A stretch of DNA of 28,161 nt, taken from the NCBI GenBank assembly GCA_044868695.1, contig JBIOWP010000159.1:1-28161 (forward strand). Reading direction: 5' to 3'. Shown in pieces: positions 17,084 through 25,024 of the stretch; the stretch's first letter is position 1, and each line of letters begins with the position of its first letter. Origin of the DNA: a bacterium. Lineage in GTDB: Bacteria > Sysuimicrobiota > Sysuimicrobiia > Sysuimicrobiales > Kaftiobacteriaceae. A program made the position numbers and the translations under genes. The notes beneath the pieces were generated by a model, which saw only the letters and a list, made by a program, of their open reading frames with translations, had not been told where the DNA came from and did no database searches.

Positions 17084-18667
17084 ATGCGCGTATCAACGCG
17101 GTTCGCAGTGGTCATCCTTCTCATCACGATGGGGATGACAACCCTATCCCTCGGCACCGTGAACCAGGCGGCGGCCCAGGGCGGCAAGCGCTACGTCCTG
17201 ATCGGGAAGGGCAACCGGCTCCCGGCAGGCCTGGAGTCGCTTGTAGCCGCTGTCGGCGGCCGGGTTCTCTACTCGGCTGATGACATTGGCGTCGCCGTCG
17301 TCGAGTCGGCTGAGCCGGCTTTCGAGTACGCGGTCGCCGGGATCGCGGGCGTGGAAGGCGTCGCAGCGGACCGTCAGCTCGCGGTGGCGCCACCTGATCA
17401 GAACCATGCCCTGGTCGCTGAGAGCCTTGGTGCCGAGGCCGCGGCGGAGAACCTTGTCGCCGAAGCCTTCAGCGCGACGCCGTGTTCGAACCCACCGACG
17501 GCCGACTGCAACCCGGCGCTGGCCTTCTTCATGCCAATCCAGTGGAACCTGCGGACGATCGGAGCCCCCGCCGCGTGGAACGCAGGGGCGACAGGCGCTC
17601 ATGTCAAGGTCGCCGTATTGGACACCGGCATCGACTACTCGCACCAGGAGTTCCAGCGGCGCATCAACGGCACCGTGGTCAGTATCGTCGATCCGGTGCT
17701 CAGCAAGTCGTTCTTTAATGAGTTTGACTGGCCGTCCACTCCGAAGCCGCCGAACCTGCCCGCGGGGTTCGTGGTGAAAGACTACGCGGACTTTAACGGG
17801 CACGGCACGCATGTCGCGGGGATCATCGCCGCCGGAGGCGTCAGGCTGGCGGGTATCGCGCCGGACGTGACGCTGATCGCGGTGAAGGTGGCGGACCGCA
17901 GAGGGTTCGCGGAGTATGGGACCATCATCGCCGGTCTCAAGTATGCCGTGGATGCCGGCGCCGACATCATCAACATGAGCTTCGGTGAGGCACTGTCCAA
18001 GGATATGCTCAAGGAGGACCATCTGAAGAATGCCCTCCTCCGGGCGCTGAACTATGCGCACAGCAAGGGTGCGCTGCTGATTGCCTCCGCGGGCAACAAC
18101 GGGATCAACTGGGACGCGAAGGAACTTAAGCAGATGACCAAGATCCCGGCCCAGTTGCCCCACGTCCTGGCCGTATCGGGCACGGGCCCGCAGGGGTGGC
18201 TCAACATGGATGGCATGGGCGTCGTGCCCGTAGAAGGGAGCCCCCGCGCCTACACTGACTACGGCGACTCGATCGTCACCTTTGCGGCGCCGGGCGGCAG
18301 CGTCACACCGTTCGTTGCGCCGCCAAACACGCCGTTTGCGGGCATGCCGGTGGACCGGATCTTCTCAGCGTGCAGCCGGTTCATGATCCTGCCGACGGTC
18401 CCGCCATCCAACCCAGCAGCATACCCTTGCAGAGGATCGGGGACAGGACGGCCATTCGGGATTTCGAATACGTTCATGATCGGCACCAGCATGGCGGCCG
18501 CGCACGTGAGCGGCGTGGCGGCGCTGGCGCTCTCGGTTCGCGGCGGGCATGGTGCCCAGATGGCCAATCTCTTGATGCTGACTGCCGATGACCTTGGCGA
18601 CCGTGGGAAGGATGAGTGGTACGGGTACGGCCGGATCAACGCGTTCCGCGCGGTAACGGGCAAGTAG
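17084..18667 (+). CDS. Secreted S8 family serine peptidase (subtilase) with short prodomain
   Basis: Signal peptide; triad VAVLDTGID / GHGTHVAG / GTSMAAAHVSG; INMSFG; oxyanion ASAGNN; YGYGRINA; GGAGG SD. Confidence 0.93.
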   Translation: MRVSTRFAVVILLITMGMTTLSLGTVNQAAAQGGKRYVLIGKGNRLPAGLESLVAAVGGRVLYSADDIGVAVVESAEPAFEYAVAGIAGVEGVAADRQLAVAPPDQNHALVAESLGAEAAAENLVAEAFSATPCSNPPTADCNPALAFFMPIQWNLRTIGAPAAWNAGATGAHVKVAVLDTGIDYSHQEFQRRINGTVVSIVDPVLSKSFFNEFDWPSTPKPPNLPAGFVVKDYADFNGHGTHVAGIIAAGGVRLAGIAPDVTLIAVKVADRRGFAEYGTIIAGLKYAVDAGADIINMSFGEALSKDMLKEDHLKNALLRALNYAHSKGALLIASAGNNGINWDAKELKQMTKIPAQLPHVLAVSGTGPQGWLNMDGMGVVPVEGSPRAYTDYGDSIVTFAAPGGSVTPFVAPPNTPFAGMPVDRIFSACSRFMILPTVPPSNPAAYPCRGSGTGRPFGISNTFMIGTSMAAAHVSGVAALALSVRGGHGAQMANLLMLTADDLGDRGKDEWYGYGRINAFRAVTGK

Positions 18668-18716
18668 ACCCGCACCATCAAAGCGCGGCGCGCGAAGCCG
18701 ATTCGGCCAGCTCCAT

Positions 18717-18754
18717 CATCGGAGGGGAGGCGGTGCTCCCCTCCGATGCTTTTT
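18717..18754 (+). terminator. Rho-independent terminator after the first S8 peptidase
   Basis: 13-bp perfect stem catcggaggggag-gcggtg-ctcccctccgatg followed by cttttt. Confidence 0.85.
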
Positions 18755-18781
18755 CTCTCGCTGGCCCGGGTCTCCGCCGCT

Positions 18782-18790
18782 TGTTAGAAT
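18782..18790 (+). promoter_or_regulatory. Extended -10 element, consistent with a leaderless transcript
   Basis: TGTTAGAAT-gtgacag-ATG(18798); no SD; lies just downstream of a terminator. Confidence 0.6.
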
Positions 18791-18797
18791 GTGACAG

Positions 18798-19772
18798 ATG
18801 CCGCCTGCCCGCTTCATCCAGTACGGCCTGGGTCCGATCGGCATAGGAATCGCCGAACTGGCGCTCCAGCAGGGCCACCGCCTCGTCGCCGCCGCAGACA
18901 TCGACCGCGCCAAAGCCGGCAGGCCGGCTGCGGCGCTGATTCCCGGCGCCCCCAAAGACGTGATCGTAACGGCGGATGCGGCCGCCGTGCTGGCCGCCGG
19001 CGCGGATATTGTCCTTCATTCGACGCAGTCGCGCCTTCGCCAGGTCCTCCCGCAGATCATGCCGCTCCTCGAGGCCGGTCTTTCGGTCATCTCGACGTGC
19101 GAAGAGCTGGCCTTTCCCTGGTATCACCACGAGCATGATGCAGCCGCGCTGGACACGCTGGCCCGATCGCACGGCGTGGTCGTCGTGGGGCTCGGCGTCA
19201 ACCCGGGGTTTGTCATGGATCTGCTGCCGGCCGTTCTGGCCCAGCCCTGCCGTGACATCCGCCAGGTGACCGTGGAGCGGGTCGTTGATGTTGGGACCCG
19301 GCGTCTCCCGCTCCAGCAGAAGGTCGGCGCAGGGCTGAGCCTCGAGGAGTTTGCGAAAGGAGTCGCCGACGGCCACATCGGCCACGTGGGCCTCCCGGAG
19401 TCGGCGGCGATGATCGCGCACGCGCTCAGCTGGACGGTGGACCGGATCGATGAAGTCGTAGAACCGGTCGCAGGGCCGGACCGGTCCGTGCGGGGCCTCC
19501 ACCAGGTCTGCACAGCCTACCGCGACGGAGCGGCCGCTATCACGCTCGACCTGACGATGGCCGCCGCAGCTGAACAGCCGCGCGACGTAATCCGCATCGA
19601 CGGCACGCCCCCGGTGTCCGCGACGATTCCCGGAGGCATCCACGGAGACCAGGCGACCTGCGGGATCATCGTGAACGCGATTCCCAGAGTGCTGCGCGCC
19701 GCCCCAGGCCTGCGGGTGGCGCTGGAACTCGCTCCACTGATGCAGGATGTGGTAGAGCACCGCAGAATCTGA
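18798..19772 (+). CDS. NAD(P)H-dependent amine dehydrogenase / 2,4-diaminopentanoate dehydrogenase (Ord)-like protein with DapB-type N-terminus
   Basis: YGLGPIG Rossmann motif, VISTCEEL, GVNPGFVMD, LQQKVGAGL, GHVGLPES, GGIHGDQAT..IVNAIP. Confidence 0.8.
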   Translation: MPPARFIQYGLGPIGIGIAELALQQGHRLVAAADIDRAKAGRPAAALIPGAPKDVIVTADAAAVLAAGADIVLHSTQSRLRQVLPQIMPLLEAGLSVISTCEELAFPWYHHEHDAAALDTLARSHGVVVVGLGVNPGFVMDLLPAVLAQPCRDIRQVTVERVVDVGTRRLPLQQKVGAGLSLEEFAKGVADGHIGHVGLPESAAMIAHALSWTVDRIDEVVEPVAGPDRSVRGLHQVCTAYRDGAAAITLDLTMAAAAEQPRDVIRIDGTPPVSATIPGGIHGDQATCGIIVNAIPRVLRAAPGLRVALELAPLMQDVVEHRRI

Positions 19773-19819
19773 CCTGTGACCCCCTGACCGTTGTGGATCA
19801 AAGAGGAGGCTGTCTACGA

Positions 19820-21670
19820 ATGCGGTCGATTTTGAAGCATCCGATCGTCCTGGCATTAGCAGTCAGCATCACCCTGGTCGGCATGCTGACGCTCCCGTCC
19901 ACGGGTCGGGACAGACCCACCGACCTGTTCGCGATCAAGTGGCTCCCGGCTCCGCAGGAGTTCGACCTCAGCAGCGCCGGCATGAGCGGGGCCGGAGGTG
20001 AGTTCAGCAAGGTGGCGGTTGAACGATTCTCCTGCACTACCTCCGGGAGTCCGACCGCCGGGGTCATCCTGAACTGCGCCGTCCCGGAATTCGCTCAGGA
20101 CTTCTCGCCGGACAACGAGATCGCGGTTGCCGTTAATCCAGACAACCCCGACCACATCGTGGTCGGATCAAACGACTACTACTACCGGTTCAACAACTCC
20201 ACCGGGGCCAGGCAGGCCCTCGTCCCGACAGGATTCTTCACCTCGTTCGACGGAGGAGTGACCTGGAAAGACGGCCAGATTCCCATGAGGTTCGGCAACG
20301 GCGCGGGCGACCCGTCCCCCGCCTTCGACAGGAAGCACAACACCGTGCTTATGGCCCAGCTGGAGAACGTCGGCGGGCAGGGCGGTCCTTGGGTCTCGCG
20401 GGGCGACGTGTCGGTGAGCCGCTCTACTGACGGCGGACTGACCTGGAACGAACCGGTCACCGTGATGAAGGGAACGGGCGCCGGCATCGGCCCGGCGAAC
20501 CAGGCAGTCTTCTGGGACAAGGAGTGGGTGACGGTCGACAACTTCTCTGGGTCTCCACATTATGGCCGGGCATACGTCACGGCGTCGCGCTTCTTGAACA
20601 GCATCCAGGGCAGCTACGCCGAATCGCCCATCTACCTGAGCTACTCCGACGACGGGGGCGTGACGTGGTCCACGCCAAAGGAAATCTCCGGTTCGAGCGC
20701 GAGTCTATGCACCCTCCAGAGCACCGGACCGGCCGGGGAGTGTGACGAAGACCAGTTCAGCATCCCCACCGTCGCGCCGGATGGCACCGTCTACGTGATG
20801 TTCATCAATGGGCAGCACAGCGCTGCGTGGGAGCAGCCCTTTGACTTCGACTCCCAGATTATGGTGGTAAAGTCGGTCAACGGTGGAGCCAGCTTCAGCG
20901 CACCGGTCGCGGTCGTGCAGATGGAGGATGGGCTCTCAGACATGCCCTTCTCCGTCATCCGGCGCCAGACGGTCTGGGGACACCAGATCCGCTGGGCGCC
21001 GCTCGGCGCGATTGTGGCCGACCCGACCGATTCGAATGGTGATACGGTCACGGTCGTCTTCGCCGATCGGGTAACTGCCAACCCCGCTGCGACGCTGGGC
21101 TGCTTCCTGACCCCGACCGGAGGGTTGACCATCGGCACGGCTCCTAACTACGACCCCTGCGGCGCCGGTCCCGGGTCACTCCTGAGAGTCCGGACGACGA
21201 CAACCACAGATGGGGGGGCAACCTGGTCCACCCCCGCGGTGGTCTCGTCAAGCGGGGGCTCCCAGTGGTTCCCGTGGGCGGCCTACCTGAGCGACGGCAC
21301 GCTGGCCATCGCCTGGGATGAGGATCCCTCGACGGATCCGGCAGAAACGACGTTCACCCATGTGCTGTGGAAGGGCGGGACGAAGACGACCTTGAGCCCG
21401 AACCCCGAACAGGTCGACAACTCCGTCACACACTGGGCCGGCCAGTACACCACCGCCTGGCCCGCGGTCTGCGGCGGGGCGCCCGCTGGGAAAAACTGCA
21501 ACGTCTTCCACGGCGACTATACGGGCCTGGCCGTGGACTCGACCAACAGGGTCCACGTGGTCTGGACGGGATTCCAGACGTTCGCTACGTCCCCGCAGGT
21601 CGACTTCTACACAGGTTTGCTGAAGACCGGATACCGGCAGGACGCAATGTACAGAAGGGTCAATCCATAG
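19820..21670 (+). CDS. Secreted Asp-box (BNR) repeat beta-propeller protein (sialidase-like fold, activity unknown)
   Basis: Signal peptide; Asp-boxes SFDGGVTW, STDGGLTW, SDDGGVTW, SVNGGASF, TTDGGATW; GAGGAGG SD before ATG 19820. Confidence 0.87.
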   Translation: MRSILKHPIVLALAVSITLVGMLTLPSTGRDRPTDLFAIKWLPAPQEFDLSSAGMSGAGGEFSKVAVERFSCTTSGSPTAGVILNCAVPEFAQDFSPDNEIAVAVNPDNPDHIVVGSNDYYYRFNNSTGARQALVPTGFFTSFDGGVTWKDGQIPMRFGNGAGDPSPAFDRKHNTVLMAQLENVGGQGGPWVSRGDVSVSRSTDGGLTWNEPVTVMKGTGAGIGPANQAVFWDKEWVTVDNFSGSPHYGRAYVTASRFLNSIQGSYAESPIYLSYSDDGGVTWSTPKEISGSSASLCTLQSTGPAGECDEDQFSIPTVAPDGTVYVMFINGQHSAAWEQPFDFDSQIMVVKSVNGGASFSAPVAVVQMEDGLSDMPFSVIRRQTVWGHQIRWAPLGAIVADPTDSNGDTVTVVFADRVTANPAATLGCFLTPTGGLTIGTAPNYDPCGAGPGSLLRVRTTTTTDGGATWSTPAVVSSSGGSQWFPWAAYLSDGTLAIAWDEDPSTDPAETTFTHVLWKGGTKTTLSPNPEQVDNSVTHWAGQYTTAWPAVCGGAPAGKNCNVFHGDYTGLAVDSTNRVHVVWTGFQTFATSPQVDFYTGLLKTGYRQDAMYRRVNP

Positions 21671-21684
21671 ACTGCTCTGCTGGT

Positions 21685-21728
21685 GAGCCGGTGGGGAAAC
21701 TGCGATCCCCACCGGCTCTTTTGTTTTT
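21685..21728 (+). terminator. Rho-independent terminator
   Basis: 13-bp perfect stem gagccggtgggga-aactgcga-tccccaccggctc followed by ttttgttttt. Confidence 0.9.
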
Positions 21729-21898
21729 CTCTCAAAGTTACAGAGAAGTGACAGTCTCGCGAATCCTCCATGTCAGCGGGTCGCTGCACTGAAGCAGGAG
21801 GTCCCAGTTCAGCCAGCGAACACAGTGACATCCCCTGAATCAATCGCACATTGTCCGCGACATCGCATGCTCTCACACCCTCTGAGGAGGTGGAACGC

Positions 21899-24097
21899 AT
21901 GAGTCAGGTTCTCAGACGGCTGGCGGGCATGCTCGCCATCGTGGTCCTCGCCGCCGTCTCCGTTGGCCCTGCCGGAGCCGGTGGGCAGGCTACTGACGCG
22001 CCGGCAGCGGCACAGCCGCAGCATGACTACGTGACGATCAAGTTCTTGGACGCCCCGATCGCATCTTACATGGGCGGCATCCCGGGGCTGGAACGGACCA
22101 AGCCACTTCGAGGCAAGAAACTGAACATGAACTCGAAACCCGTCCAGGCGTATGCCGGGTATCTGAACGGCAAGCGGCAGGATTACAAGCGCTGGCTGCA
22201 GACCAACGCGTCTCGCGCACAGGTCGTGCGAGAGTACTCCGCCGTGTTTCACGGCTTGGCCGTCAAACTGAACGGCGAACGGCAGGACCTGCTGGCGGGC
22301 GGACCGGGAGTGGCTCGCGTCTCTCCCAGCTTCCTGGTGCGGCCGGCGATGACCATTAGCACGGGTCTCATTGCCGCCAGTGCCATCTGGTCCGCCGCCG
22401 GAGGCCGCGACAATGCGGGCTTCGGCGTCAAGGTCGGTATCATTGATACCGGCATCGAAGACAGTCATCCGGCGTTCGACTGCAAAGGGCCAATCACGCA
22501 CGACGTCTTCGCCAGCGGCGTGGCAGTGCCACCCGGCGCGGCCAAGACGATTGTGTTCAACCATGGGACCCACGTGGCCGGCACAGTCGCCGGCTGTGTC
22601 CTCGATCTGAGCGGGCCTGCGGACGGCCCGACGGCAGGCACCTGGAGCGGCGTGGCGCCGGGCGCGACCCTCCACGACTACAACGTCTTCCCGGGCTTCG
22701 GCGCGGGGTTCCGCGCCTTCGACGGCTCGGCGTTCAGCCACGACATTGCGGCCGCCCTTGAAAAAGCCGTCGCTGACGGCATGGACGTGGTGAACATGAG
22801 CATCGGCGGCAAAGTGCAAGGACCGAGTGATCTGCTGGCCGAGGCGACAGATGCGACAGTGGATGCCGGCGTCGTCGCCGCCGTCGCCGCAGGCAACTCC
22901 GGGCCAGGAGATTCGACGGTTGAGTCTCCGGGAAGCGCCCCGGGAGCTCTCACCGCGGGGGCCAGCACGAACCCCCACTTCGTCGGAGTTCCAGTCACCG
23001 TAGGCACCTCCGCGCTCGGCGCAGCACTGGGTGATTTCAACACCTTCGGCGATACGGACGAGGACGGGGTTGCGGATGTCGTCGTCAGCGCCGCGTACAC
23101 GGTCACCACTCCTGCCAACGGCTGCTCCGCCATTACGACTGTCATCACCGGAAAGATTGCACTGATCGACCGTGGGGTGTGCACGTTCACAACAAAAGTC
23201 CGTAACGCGGAGAACGCCGGCGCGCTGGGAGTGTTGGTCGTCAACAACGTCGCCGGTGACCCGAGCGCCATGAGCCACGATGGGACCGAACCGTTTCCCA
23301 TCATCCCTGCCGCGATGCTCAGCAAGACGCAGGGCAACGCTATTAAGCCGTCTGGCACGGCGACGATTGACGGGACCTCCCCGGCAGAGTTCCTCACCAC
23401 GAACGCCGACATCATCGCGGGGTTCTCGAGCCGTGGCCCGACGCCGTTCACGTCACTGATCAAGCCTGACGTCACCGCGCCGGGCGTCAACGTCTACTCC
23501 TCGGTCTTCGACGAAAAAACTGGAGAGCTCGGGTTTGCATACTTCCAGGGCACGAGCATGGCCACGCCGCACCTCGCCGGAGCTGCTGCGCTCTTGCTCG
23601 CCCTGCATCCCGACTGGTCGGCGGCGGATGTCAAGTCGGCGCTCGTCAACACCGCCAAGCGGCCCGTTCTTGATCACGTCAACGGAACGGCCTCGACCGG
23701 GGTCCTCACGCGCGGCGGCGGCCGGATCGACTTGGTCGCTGCGGACTCCACTCCGCTGACCATCGACCCCGCCAGCGCCAGCTTTGGGGCATGGACGGGC
23801 AACAAAGATGTCAGCGCGGCTGTCAGCCTCTCGGTTCGCAACGTTAGTGGGAGTGCCCAGACGTGCTCGCCCAGTGTGACCGGCGCAGGCAGCGGCATTA
23901 CCGTCACCGCCTCGCCAAACGACGCCATCAGCAGCCTCGCGGCGGGGGCGACGGCGGGCCTGACGCTCACACTCGCCGGTGGCAAGGCGGGTCAAACTGC
24001 GAGCGGCGATCGCAGCGGCGATCTCGAGATCACCTGCGGCTCGACGACGCTACGCGTCCCGTGGTGGGTTCGGATAGATCGACAAGGGCAACCGTAG
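21899..24097 (+). CDS. Secreted S8 family serine peptidase, Vpr-like (I9 prodomain, PA domain, C-terminal Ig/Fn3-like domain)
   Basis: Signal peptide; YSAVFHGLAV prodomain; IIDTGI / HGTHVAG / GTSMATPHLAG triad; AAGNSG; PA motif GKIALIDRGVCTFTTKVRNAENAGA; FSSRGP, IKPDVTAPG; GAGGAGG SD before ATG 21899. Confidence 0.94.
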   Translation: MSQVLRRLAGMLAIVVLAAVSVGPAGAGGQATDAPAAAQPQHDYVTIKFLDAPIASYMGGIPGLERTKPLRGKKLNMNSKPVQAYAGYLNGKRQDYKRWLQTNASRAQVVREYSAVFHGLAVKLNGERQDLLAGGPGVARVSPSFLVRPAMTISTGLIAASAIWSAAGGRDNAGFGVKVGIIDTGIEDSHPAFDCKGPITHDVFASGVAVPPGAAKTIVFNHGTHVAGTVAGCVLDLSGPADGPTAGTWSGVAPGATLHDYNVFPGFGAGFRAFDGSAFSHDIAAALEKAVADGMDVVNMSIGGKVQGPSDLLAEATDATVDAGVVAAVAAGNSGPGDSTVESPGSAPGALTAGASTNPHFVGVPVTVGTSALGAALGDFNTFGDTDEDGVADVVVSAAYTVTTPANGCSAITTVITGKIALIDRGVCTFTTKVRNAENAGALGVLVVNNVAGDPSAMSHDGTEPFPIIPAAMLSKTQGNAIKPSGTATIDGTSPAEFLTTNADIIAGFSSRGPTPFTSLIKPDVTAPGVNVYSSVFDEKTGELGFAYFQGTSMATPHLAGAAALLLALHPDWSAADVKSALVNTAKRPVLDHVNGTASTGVLTRGGGRIDLVAADSTPLTIDPASASFGAWTGNKDVSAAVSLSVRNVSGSAQTCSPSVTGAGSGITVTASPNDAISSLAAGATAGLTLTLAGGKAGQTASGDRSGDLEITCGSTTLRVPWWVRIDRQGQP

Positions 24098-24114
24098 GAC
24101 AGGCGGGTCCCATC

Positions 24115-24152
24115 GAGAACGGGCGGCGGAACGTCGCCGCCCGTTCTCCTTT
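24115..24152 (+). terminator. Terminator-like hairpin between the convergent S8 and comF genes
   Basis: 14-bp perfect stem gagaacgggcggcg-gaacgt-cgccgcccgttctc followed by cttt. Confidence 0.75.
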
Positions 24153-24160
24153 GTCCACGC

Positions 24161-24865
24161 TCACTTCAGTACAGCCAGAGCCGCCGTGGCCACCACAACC
24201 TCTCGGGTTCCCGCGGCGCGCAGGACCCGCGAGCACTCCGCAGCTGTGAAGCCGGTGGACATCACATCATCGAGCAGCAGGATGCGTCCAAAGGCGCACC
24301 GGCTCCCGGCGACAAACGCGGCCCGAACGTTGGCGCGTCGATCGCTGCGGGAGAGCTCGGTCTGGGACTTCGTCGGCCTCGCTCTGTGTAGGAGATCCGT
24401 TCGAACAGGAAGACGCAGGTAGGCCCCAACCTCCGCCGCCAAAAGCTCCGCTTGATTGAACCCCCGCTCGCGCAATCGCTGGGGGTGCAGCGGGACGGGC
24501 ACGATGAGATCGGCCCGCAGCCTGGGGTCGGTGGCCGCGACCTCCGCCATCAGGCGGCCCAGCGGCCCTGCGAGCGCCTGGCACCCCCCAAACTTCAGGG
24601 CGTGGATCGCGTCGCGCAGCGGCGCATCGTAGATGCCGGCCGCCCGGGCGCAGGCGAAGGAGGTGCGGCGGTGCCTGCACGGGACGCAGGTAAAGAGCAG
24701 ATCCGGCGGCCCCCGCAACGGCTTACCGCACTTCCGGCAGACCGGCGGGCCAATGAGCGGCATGGCCTCCCGGCACCGAGGGCAGAGCGGGAAGTCGCCC
24801 GGCGTCTCGCACACCTGGCACGCTGGCGGGAAGAATAGATCGGCAAGTCCGCGCAGGAGCGCCAC
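24161..24865 (-). CDS. comF: ComF family protein (double Zn ribbon + phosphoribosyltransferase domain)
   Basis: LFFPPACQVC..LCPRC..CRKC..CVPC, IHALKF, VPVPLH..RLRERGFNQA, LLLDDVMSTGFT. Confidence 0.93.
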   Translation of the reverse strand: MALLRGLADLFFPPACQVCETPGDFPLCPRCREAMPLIGPPVCRKCGKPLRGPPDLLFTCVPCRHRRTSFACARAAGIYDAPLRDAIHALKFGGCQALAGPLGRLMAEVAATDPRLRADLIVPVPLHPQRLRERGFNQAELLAAEVGAYLRLPVRTDLLHRARPTKSQTELSRSDRRANVRAAFVAGSRCAFGRILLLDDVMSTGFTAAECSRVLRAAGTREVVVATAALAVLK

Positions 24866-24965
24866 GCCCGAAGTGTCGCACGATAGCAGTGCGCGGTGCT
24901 ATGACCGCTTTGGGCTATTCTACATTCCGGAGTATGCCCTTACGTGGACCGGCTCTGTCCGAATG

Positions 24966-25005
24966 AAGAAGGGGTCTGACCAACCTGGGTCAGACCCCCG
25001 TTCTT
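24966..25005 (-). terminator. Hairpin downstream of the second BNR gene (probable terminator)
   Basis: 11-bp perfect stem ggggtctgacc-aacctg-ggtcagacccc (24971-24998) with flanking aagaa/ttctt; followed on the minus strand by ttcttcatt. Confidence 0.65.
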
Positions 25006-25024
25006 AACCCGGCGTTCTGATTTC

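Noticed and set aside
16881..17096. N-terminal extensions from the ORF track (arcC, DppB-like, aminotransferase, Vpr-like and others)
   Set aside because: Better SD-supported or family-typical starts lie downstream; the extensions are non-homologous and cover intergenic DNA.
18481..18513. GTSMAAAH instead of GTSMA(A/T)PH as a sign of an inactive protease
   Set aside because: Asp, His, Ser and the oxyanion Asn are all present; the change does not touch a catalytic residue.
21729..21898. Possible riboswitch in the 170-bp leader of the Vpr-like peptidase
   Set aside because: Only short stems (cctcc/ggagg, cagcg/cgctg); no recognisable c-di-GMP, c-di-AMP or amino-acid riboswitch consensus.
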